Source of the DNA: Balneolaceae bacterium | GTDB lineage: Bacteria > Bacteroidota > Rhodothermia > Balneolales > Balneolaceae | Assembly: GCA_041747055.1 (NCBI GenBank) | Contig: JBGTFX010000321.1 | Location: 1 to 35,885, forward strand | DNA: 35,885 nucleotides | Direction of reading: 5' to 3' | Part shown: positions 27,050 through 34,232 of the stretch, piece by piece | How the letters are laid out: each line of letters opens with the position of its first letter | How positions within the stretch are numbered: the first letter of the stretch is position 1 | The notes under the pieces: model-generated | Database searches by the model: none | What the model was told of the DNA's origin: nothing | What the model saw: only the letters and a program-made list of their open reading frames with translations | Position numbers and translations under genes: made by a program

Positions 27050-29486
27050 CGAGATCATCCTCTTCTTCAATTTTGACATCCCTTGCTGTACTTCCCTGAT
27101 ATGGACCTACAACTCCGGCGTTATACAATTGATCAACGATTCTACCCGCCCGGTTGTATCCAATTTTTAATTTTCTTTGGAGCAGTGATACTGATCCCTG
27201 TTGATGCAGAACTACAATTCTTGCAGCATCTTTAAACAGATCATCAATATCGTCGAGTGGATCAGGAATCCCTGACTCTTCATCTTCTACTGAAGGAAGG
27301 TAAAAAGGTTGCTTGTACCCTGATTGTGATCCAATAAAGCTCGTAATTTTCTCAACTTCTTCCGTTGAAACGTATGCATTTTGTATCCGCGTCATTCCTG
27401 CGCCACCTGAGTACAGCATATCTCCGCGTCCCACCAGCTGATCTGCACCGCCCGTATCTAATATAGTACGGGAATCTACCTTTGAAGCTACCTGATAGGC
27501 GATTCGTGCCGGAAAATTCGCTTTTATTGTTCCGGTAATAACGTTCACTGAAGGCCTCTGAGTTGCTACACACAAATGAATTCCAATTGCCCGTGCAAGC
27601 TGAGCAAGCCGCGCAATGGGCTCCTCGATTTTTTTGCCTGCGGTCATCATTAAATCGGCAAGCTCATCAATAATTACCACAATATAGGGGAGATGTCTGT
27701 GGCCCAGCTCTTCATCCAGTTCCCCGGTTTTAAATTTTTCGTTGTAGGATTTGATGTCACGAACCATCGCCATTTTCAGCAAATCGTAGCGCTCATCCAT
27801 TTCCGCCGTTACGCTTTCGAGTGTTTCAAGAGCTTTACTTGTGTCCGTTACAATCGGCTCTTCGGCTCCCGGCAGCACTGCCAAAAAGTGATTCTGAATA
27901 TTTTGATAGAGTGACAGTTCAATTTTTTTGGGATCAATCAGCACAAATTTAAGATCATCGGGATGACATTTATATAGCAGGCATGTAATAATGGTGTTAA
28001 TACCGACAGATTTACCCGAACCCGTAGCACCGGCAATAAGTAAGTGGGGAAGTTTGGTCAAATCGAGCATAAACACATCATTCTCGATCGTTTTACCAAA
28101 TGCGACCGGGAGATCCATGTCGGTTTCCACAAACTTCTTGGTGTTAATTACCGATTTGATGTATACCGTTTCTCTTGTGCTGTTCGGCACCTCAATTCCA
28201 ACGGCAGAACGCCCGGGAATTGGCGCGATAATTCGCAGTCCGTGAGCAGCCGTGGCCATTTTCAGGTCATTTGCATAACTTTCGATCTTGCTAATTTTTA
28301 CGTCAGGCGATGGCTCCAATTCGTACAGAGTTACTGTCGGGCCAACAATGGCGTTAATGCTCAGAATCTCGATTTTGTGGCGTTTCAGCTTATCAAGTAT
28401 AATTCGCTTGTTCTCTTTAATCTCTTCAAGGTCCACCTCATTTCCTTCATTAGGTGGAGAATCTAAAAGATCAATTCCCGGAAATTTGTACTTGATTATC
28501 GGAAGCTCTTTTGCCTTTTCGGTGTTTTTACGATCCAGGTCTTTTTCATCTGCCTGCTCATCCCCCTCGCCAATAAAAACCTTAATATCTACGTCATCAT
28601 CATCGTCAGTAGCAACCTCTTTTTTCTTTTCCAGGCTTGCGCGCGCCGGTCTGTTTTCAAGATCAGCACTTTGTTTTTTTCGCTCCTCAACCCGTTTTAA
28701 ATCCTCTTCCTGAGAACGCTCAACAATATCATCTATGGATGATTCCGGCTTATTATCTTTCTCTTTAGATTTTTTATTTGCCTCTTTTTTAAGCTGGGCC
28801 TCTGCTTTCTGTTGCTGTTTGATGGCGGCTTTTTTCTGCTTTTTCTCCTCTTTGATCTTTTTTCGTTCCTCGCGTGAACTGCTAAAGTTATTGATTGCAT
28901 TCCTGTAGGCATCAATCGTTTTTTGAAGGTCACGATCAATCAACATTAAAATGGATACAAATAATAATACAAACAGAGTGACAATCGAACCGATACCCAT
29001 AATATTCTGAAGCACTATAGCGGCTCCGACTCCGAAATTCCCGTTCCACACCATGGAATACCATTCATACTCATTGTGAAACCAACCAAATAAGGTGGAA
29101 AAGAGAATCATCACCCATATCCCATAAGCCAATGGCCATCCAAGCTCACCTATATCTTTTTGCCGGAAAACGTACCAGCCAATAGAGGCTATCATTACCG
29201 GAATAAATATACTTGTGTAACCAAAAAGTGTATGTACAAATAAATAGGATATATAGGCTCCTATAACTCCAAGCCAGTTATTTACGCTCAAAGCAATTCC
29301 TTGGTCAACCGTAAAAATAGACCCTGTACTCATCGATTTTACCACACCATAATCGTTTGGATTATAGGAAGCGATGCTGAGCAGCAGCAGGCCTGCGACA
29401 GCCATAATCAGGATTCCCACTATTTCCATTTTTCGGGTAAAATCCAGACTGCTTAGAAAAGGAGATTTCGTTTTATTTTTTGCCAT
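27021..29486 (-). CDS. ftsK: DNA translocase FtsK
   Basis: N-terminal TM domain; PHLLIAGATGSGKS, IDPKKIEL, DELADLM, ATQRPS, GRGDML; gamma domain SLLQRKLKIGYNRAGR. Confidence 0.98.
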   Translation of the reverse strand: MAKNKTKSPFLSSLDFTRKMEIVGILIMAVAGLLLLSIASYNPNDYGVVKSMSTGSIFTVDQGIALSVNNWLGVIGAYISYLFVHTLFGYTSIFIPVMIASIGWYVFRQKDIGELGWPLAYGIWVMILFSTLFGWFHNEYEWYSMVWNGNFGVGAAIVLQNIMGIGSIVTLFVLLFVSILMLIDRDLQKTIDAYRNAINNFSSSREERKKIKEEKKQKKAAIKQQQKAEAQLKKEANKKSKEKDNKPESSIDDIVERSQEEDLKRVEERKKQSADLENRPARASLEKKKEVATDDDDDVDIKVFIGEGDEQADEKDLDRKNTEKAKELPIIKYKFPGIDLLDSPPNEGNEVDLEEIKENKRIILDKLKRHKIEILSINAIVGPTVTLYELEPSPDVKISKIESYANDLKMATAAHGLRIIAPIPGRSAVGIEVPNSTRETVYIKSVINTKKFVETDMDLPVAFGKTIENDVFMLDLTKLPHLLIAGATGSGKSVGINTIITCLLYKCHPDDLKFVLIDPKKIELSLYQNIQNHFLAVLPGAEEPIVTDTSKALETLESVTAEMDERYDLLKMAMVRDIKSYNEKFKTGELDEELGHRHLPYIVVIIDELADLMMTAGKKIEEPIARLAQLARAIGIHLCVATQRPSVNVITGTIKANFPARIAYQVASKVDSRTILDTGGADQLVGRGDMLYSGGAGMTRIQNAYVSTEEVEKITSFIGSQSGYKQPFYLPSVEDEESGIPDPLDDIDDLFKDAARIVVLHQQGSVSLLQRKLKIGYNRAGRIVDQLYNAGVVGPYQGSTARDVKIEEEDDLDEIFEELGV

Positions 29487-30216
29487 AATTAACTGTAATA
29501 ATTCCCTTGTTCAATGAAGGGACAAGAGAGCAGGTATCTTTCTGTGAACAATAATCCATATCTTTTTCTACCGCAAGTCCTTTCAAGCGCACGGCGTGGT
29601 TCGATGAGTGAATAACAGACGCAATATCATCTTTATACTTTTCATAAAGGCCAAAAGCAACCTTGGCACCGTCGCGAGCATTATCTACCAATTTTCCGTC
29701 ACACATATTATAAACAATATTTCCGGCTAAAAGCAGATCTTCTAAAGCTAACCGTCCGCGCCAGCCTGCGCAAACCAAAACAATATCTTTCTCTTCTTTT
29801 CGAAGAATATCCACTACGGCAGAAAGATTCAAAAAAGATGCAATATATAGCTCTGAGGAACCCACACCTTTTCTAATTGCCTGCGTACCATTCGTTGTGT
29901 TGAAGATTAAAGTTTTATCTTCCACCGCTTCCCTGGTGTATTCGAAAGGAGAATTGCCAAGATCGTAACCATCGATTTTAATTCCGTCCCGTTCTCCACA
30001 GAGTAAAATATTGTCAGAATCTACACTTTGTGCAATTCGACTTGCCTCACCCATATCTTCTACAGGGACGATTTCTTTGGCTCCATTTTGCATCGCTGTC
30101 ACAATTGTAGATGTAGCACGAAGCACATCAATTACCACCGTCACTTTGCCCCGCAGTTCTTCTTCAGGGAACGAGTGAGCCGATAAGAATACATCCAGTC
30201 TTTCCAAATTTGCCAT
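29473..30216 (-). CDS. comB: 2-phosphosulfolactate phosphatase family protein
   Basis: VIDVLRATSTI, GERDG, GNSP, TTNGT, LED motifs. Confidence 0.9.
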   Translation of the reverse strand: MANLERLDVFLSAHSFPEEELRGKVTVVIDVLRATSTIVTAMQNGAKEIVPVEDMGEASRIAQSVDSDNILLCGERDGIKIDGYDLGNSPFEYTREAVEDKTLIFNTTNGTQAIRKGVGSSELYIASFLNLSAVVDILRKEEKDIVLVCAGWRGRLALEDLLLAGNIVYNMCDGKLVDNARDGAKVAFGLYEKYKDDIASVIHSSNHAVRLKGLAVEKDMDYCSQKDTCSLVPSLNKGIITVNYGKK

Positions 30217-30225
30217 TTTCTGCTT

Positions 30226-31323
30226 CTATTTTTTGATAAAAGGCGGTTTTACTACCGTTGCCGGCACGCTCTTTTTACGTATAACAATTTCTATTGAATC
30301 TCCTTCATTGGCGTATTCGGTTTGGATATATCCCATTCCGATCCCCTTACTCAACGTGATCGATTGAGTTCCACTTGTTACAAATCCTATTTCGTTTCCA
30401 TCAGTATCAGTAATCGCATAACCCGATCGCGGTACTGCACGGGGCTCTTCAATTACAAAGCCCATTAGTTTTCGGTTTAATCCTTCCGCTTTCTTTTGCG
30501 CAATCACTTCTTTTCCAACAAATTCTCCCTTTTCGAGTTTCGTCAGCCAGCCCATTCGTGCTTCCAGCGGATGAGTATCTTTGGTAATGTCATTCCCATA
30601 GAGGGCAAAACCCATTTCAAGTCTAAGTGTGTCGCGTGCACCGAGCCCGGCCGGTTCCAATCCATGTGGCTTTCCGGCTTCCATTATTGTGTCCCAGATT
30701 TTCAAGGCATTACACTTTTCCGTGTCTATATAAAGTTCAAATCCTTTTTCGCCGGTGTAACCCGTTGCGGAAATAATCACGCCGGATTCTCCTGCTACAG
30801 AACCTACCTTAAACGAGTAAAAGCTAATACTTGACAAATCTGTATCCGTTAATTCCTGCAATATTTGCGGGGCTTTCGGCCCCTGCAGGGCGAGCAATGC
30901 AATACTTTCCGATCGATTGACCAACTGCGCATTCATCGTATTATTTTCGCTGATCCAGTTCCAGTCTTTTTCTATGTTTGATGCGTTCACCACCAGCATG
31001 TATTCCTCATCATCCAGTTTGTAAACCAGCAGATCATCCACAATTCCGCCATCTTCGTAACACATCGCCGTATACTGAGCTTTTCCAATCGCCAGTTTTG
31101 ATGCGTCATTGATAGTCACTTTTTGAATCAGGTTCAGCGCTTCGGGTCCGCTTACGTAAAATTCCCCCATGTGGGAAACATCAAACAGCCCCGCTTTTTC
31201 GCGAACTGCACCGTGTTCCTGCTTAATTCCCGAGTATTGAACGGGCATTTCGAACCCGCCGAAGTCAATCAGTTTTGCGCCTAAATCTTTGTGCTTTTCG
31301 TAAAATACCGTGGTTTTTGACAT
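30226..31323 (-). CDS. gcvT: Glycine cleavage system aminomethyltransferase T
   Basis: FGGFEMPVQY, FDVSHMGE, TGYTGEKGFE, GLGARDTLRLE. ATG at 31323 preferred over TTG 31326. Confidence 0.98.
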   Translation of the reverse strand: MSKTTVFYEKHKDLGAKLIDFGGFEMPVQYSGIKQEHGAVREKAGLFDVSHMGEFYVSGPEALNLIQKVTINDASKLAIGKAQYTAMCYEDGGIVDDLLVYKLDDEEYMLVVNASNIEKDWNWISENNTMNAQLVNRSESIALLALQGPKAPQILQELTDTDLSSISFYSFKVGSVAGESGVIISATGYTGEKGFELYIDTEKCNALKIWDTIMEAGKPHGLEPAGLGARDTLRLEMGFALYGNDITKDTHPLEARMGWLTKLEKGEFVGKEVIAQKKAEGLNRKLMGFVIEEPRAVPRSGYAITDTDGNEIGFVTSGTQSITLSKGIGMGYIQTEYANEGDSIEIVIRKKSVPATVVKPPFIKK

Positions 31324-31410
31324 CAAAAATTACTCTTCTTTTCAATTAACTTTTTCAATAGAAAATGCCGGAATGCGGACTGATCAGTATACCGCTTTTT
31401 CTTCAAATTT

Positions 31411-31449
31411 GTGACCGTGATTAGGAGGATTTGCTTGATGGCCATAATT
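31411..31449 (-). repeat. Periodic AATC repeat unit A (inverted relative to B and C)
   Basis: Minus strand AATTATGGC-CATCAAGCA-AATCCTCCT-AATCACGGTCAC. Confidence 0.5.
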
Positions 31450-31498
31450 AAAAGATTTCCACGGAATGACTAAAGATTCTTTAAAGGGGGGCAGATCA

Positions 31499-31537
31499 AA
31501 TCATGGCAATCCCATTAATCCTTCAATCAAGGCCCAG
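31499..31537 (+). repeat. Periodic AATC repeat unit B, overlapping the GxxExxY stop codon
   Basis: AATCATGGC-AATCCCATT-AATCCTTC-AATCAAGGCCCAG. Confidence 0.6.
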
Positions 31538-31828
31538 TTTGTTGTTGTTGTGTAGTCTCTTGTATTGCAAGCTTCGAGCCCCGAAATTTAACAGTAAGCC
31601 AATTTCTAAATCATATACCTCAAGGTAGTTCATGGCTTGGGCTAAATGAGCATCTTCCAGCTCAATCCGAGCTTTTATTTCAACTGATATTTTATCTTCT
31701 ACCAAAAAATCGACTCGTCTGGTTCCAATTTGCAAATCCCGATAATGTACCGGCATCACAAATTCCCGGGCGAACATAATGTTTTTTAACTGAAATTCGT
31801 ATTCAAGTGCCCGATGATAAATTACCTC
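31523..31828 (-). pseudogene. 5'-truncated GxxExxY protein (PD-(D/E)XK-like nuclease family)
   Basis: The frame extends upstream of the ORF-track start as EVIYHRALEYEFQLKNIMFAREF.., then RVDFLVEDKISVEIKA, AQAMNYL, GLLLNFG. The N-terminal segment before ExxY is missing and there is an in-frame stop shortly upstream. Confidence 0.8.
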
Positions 31829-31988
31829 CGAGTAAACATAACCAAACCCAGTTTTCTTCTAATTCACCAGTGAAAAAATCATACAAAAGCGTGATTAAAA
31901 TCAATCCCCCAAAGGCTGCCATGAAGCCATACAAAAAATGTAAAAAAGTATCGATTCGGGAATCCTGTTTGATAACAACTCTTTCCAT
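31803..31988 (-). pseudogene. Short membrane-protein ORF, probably a 3'-truncated gene fused out of frame onto the GxxExxY remnant
   Basis: One full TM and the start of a second (NWVWLCLLGG), after which it runs into GxxExxY-coding DNA and stops. Confidence 0.45.
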
Positions 31989-32091
31989 AGTGTTCTAATT
32001 TTAGTAGTTACTCTTGATGACCTCTGATTTTCTATAAAAAAGACCAGAATTGCAAAGAGTTAAACGGCCTAATCAAATTGGGAAAAACAAA

Positions 32092-32144
32092 AATCACGGT
32101 AATCCTAAAAATCCTTCAATCATGTTAATCCTTTAATCACGCCC
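32092..32144 (+). repeat. Periodic AATC repeat unit C
   Basis: AATCACGGT-AATCCTAAA-AATCCTTC-AATCATGTT-AATCCTTT-AATCACGCCC; shares AATCCTTCAATCA with unit B. Confidence 0.65.
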
Positions 32145-32208
32145 AATGATTCCGTATTTTAGATGTTCAAAGATTATTGATGCACATGGTCATTTTTCGG
32201 CCTCATTC

Positions 32209-32243
32209 GTCACGTTGAGCACAACGAAGTGAAGTCGAAACGT
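32209..32243 (+). repeat. Degenerate GTCA..TGAGC..GTCGAA extragenic repeat
   Basis: GTCACGTTGAGCACAACGAAGTGAAGTCGAAACGT resembles the GTCAnnnTGAGCnnAGTCGAA intergenic repeats of Bacteroidota (from memory); single copy here. Confidence 0.4.
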
Positions 32244-32299
32244 CACCTTAACGTATTCAATACTCTCTTCATAACAACTTGCAGGATTAAACCAGGAAA

Positions 32300-33430
32300 A
32301 TGTCGATTCGAAAAGAACAAATTACCACTGCGTTAACTCACGTTTTACATCCCGAATATCAAAAAGATTTAATTACGCTTGATCTGATTCAGGATCTCAT
32401 TGTTCAGGATAAATATGTAGCGTTCACGCTCGAGCTTCCCAAAGAGGATAATGAACTCGCCGCAAAGCTGAAAAAGAAGTGTACCGAGGCAATTCACAAA
32501 TTTGTGGATAAGGAGGCTGTGCTTGATATTACCGTGGGAATTAACATCTCGAAAAAACGAGAGCTCGATGGTGACGAACCTGCAGAAAAAAAACAGCCTC
32601 AGAAGCAGGAACAAGTCTTATCGAATGTTAAAAATATTGTGGCTGTCGCATCCGGAAAGGGTGGAGTTGGAAAATCTACCGTAGCGGCGAACCTTGCCGT
32701 GTCTCTTGCAAAAGAGGGCTACAGCGCTGGGCTGATGGATACGGATATCTATGGACCCAGCGTGCCAACCATGTTTGGTGTGACGGAGCGTCCCGATATT
32801 ACGACGGACAAAAAACTTGTACCCATTTTTAAGCACGGTGTTCACCTGGTGTCGATGGGATTTCTGGTTGACACCGATCAGGCGATGATTTGGCGCGGTC
32901 CTATGGTTACAAGCGCTGTAAAGCAGTTTATGCAGGAAGTTCGCTGGCCTGAGCTCGACTATCTTATTTTAGATCTCCCTCCAGGCACGGGCGATATTCA
33001 GCTGACCATTGTTCAAACCGTTCCACTGACCGGAGCCGTCATTGTATCCACTCCGCAAACAGTCGCTTTGGATGATGCCAGAAAAGGTGTGGCGATGTTC
33101 AACAAAGTGAATGTGCCGGTTTTAGGAATTATCGAAAATATGGCCTATTTCACGCCACCTGATATGCCCGAGAAGAAGTATTACATATTTGGAAAACACG
33201 GCGCGCGAAAACTTGCTCAAAAACTGGAAGTTCCGTTTTTAGGTGAAGTTGCCCTGCAAGAAAATATCCGGGATACCAGCGATCGTGGAACCCCGGTTGT
33301 AGAAGCCGAGCCTGATTCACCGGCGGCAGAGTCATTCAAGCAGATAGCGGAAAGAGTCAAAAATGCCCTGCTGACCCGCTATAACGATCAGGAATCAACC
33401 GAAAAAATTGAGATTAATATTCGACCCTAA
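32300..33430 (+). CDS. mrp: Mrp/ApbC/NBP35 family P-loop ATPase with N-terminal DUF59-like domain
   Basis: VASGKGGVGKST, DTDIYGPS, WRGPM, DLPPGTGD, GIIENM. Confidence 0.93.
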   Translation: MSIRKEQITTALTHVLHPEYQKDLITLDLIQDLIVQDKYVAFTLELPKEDNELAAKLKKKCTEAIHKFVDKEAVLDITVGINISKKRELDGDEPAEKKQPQKQEQVLSNVKNIVAVASGKGGVGKSTVAANLAVSLAKEGYSAGLMDTDIYGPSVPTMFGVTERPDITTDKKLVPIFKHGVHLVSMGFLVDTDQAMIWRGPMVTSAVKQFMQEVRWPELDYLILDLPPGTGDIQLTIVQTVPLTGAVIVSTPQTVALDDARKGVAMFNKVNVPVLGIIENMAYFTPPDMPEKKYYIFGKHGARKLAQKLEVPFLGEVALQENIRDTSDRGTPVVEAEPDSPAAESFKQIAERVKNALLTRYNDQESTEKIEINIRP

Positions 33431-33439
33431 TTTTGATTT

Positions 33440-34108
33440 ATGAAAAAGCCTGCTTTTATACCGTATGATGATTACATCAGATTTTCTGAAAAGGAAATGA
33501 TAGCAAAATCAGAGCAGTTTAAAAGCGATATGCAGAGGCGCAGAACCGTTCGGAATTTCTCTGATCGCCCGGTTCCTAAAGAGATCATTGAAAACGCCAT
33601 CAAAGCTGCCGGAACCGCGCCAAACGGAGCAAATAAACAGCCCTGGCATTTTGTTGTCATTAGTGATCCCGAAATGAAAAGAAAGATCAGAATCGCAGCC
33701 GAGGAGGAAGAGCAGGAGTTTTACAACAATCGCGCCCCGAAAGATTGGCTGGAGGTGCTTCAGCCGTTTGGAACCGATGAGAAAAAACCTTTCCTGGAAA
33801 CGGCCCCTTATTTAATTGCCATTTTCTCCCAAAACTACGGCGTTACGAATAACGGAGAAAAAGAGAAACATTACTATGTGAAAGAATCAGTGGGAATTGC
33901 TACAGGAATCTTAATCACTGCTCTTCATCTTTCAGGATTGGCAACTTTGACCCATACCCCGAGCCCCATGGGGTTTTTGAATGAAATTCTGAATCGACCC
34001 AAAAATGAAAAACCATTTCTGCTTCTCGTTGCAGGCTATCCCGGTGATGATGTTGAAGTTCCTGTTATTGAAAAGAAGTCTCTGAACAAGATTTCTTCAT
34101 TTCATTAA
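33440..34108 (+). CDS. Nitroreductase superfamily, iodotyrosine deiodinase (IYD)-like
   Basis: [49 protein letters not shown]. Confidence 0.85.
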   Translation: MKKPAFIPYDDYIRFSEKEMIAKSEQFKSDMQRRRTVRNFSDRPVPKEIIENAIKAAGTAPNGANKQPWHFVVISDPEMKRKIRIAAEEEEQEFYNNRAPKDWLEVLQPFGTDEKKPFLETAPYLIAIFSQNYGVTNNGEKEKHYYVKESVGIATGILITALHLSGLATLTHTPSPMGFLNEILNRPKNEKPFLLLVAGYPGDDVEVPVIEKKSLNKISSFH

Positions 34109-34141
34109 TTAAAGTTTAAGAACGGATACCCTATAAAAGAT

Positions 34142-34167
34142 AGCACAAGAAATCTCTCGTGCTCTAC
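34142..34167 (-). repeat. GTAG-type REP element (second family)
   Basis: Minus strand GTAG-AGCACGAGA-GATT-TCTTGTGCT (9-bp stem, one G-T pair). Confidence 0.55.
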
Positions 34168-34192
34168 TTAAATAAATTATGCGTAAATAGGT

Positions 34193-34217
34193 GATTGCGG
34201 ATCAAGTCCGCAATGAC
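34193..34217. repeat. GTCA-type palindromic extragenic repeat
   Basis: GATTGCGGATCAAGTCCGCAATGAC with arms ATTGCGGA / TCCGCAAT; minus strand starts GTCATTGCGGACTTGATCCGCAATC. Confidence 0.6.
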
Positions 34218-34232
34218 TTATAGGGATGGTGA

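Noticed and set aside
31324-31500. Glycine riboswitch upstream of gcvT
   Set aside because: No GGAGA...CCGAAG...CTCTCAGG core on the minus strand; the structure present is the AATC repeat pair.
31411-32144. CRISPR array
   Set aside because: The units are 8-9 nt and degenerate, with no constant repeat plus unique spacer structure and no cas genes.
16233-34108. Joint halotyrosine pathway linking the decarboxylase and the IYD-like gene
   Set aside because: They are about 16 kb apart on different strands with unrelated operons in between; nothing in the sequence links them.
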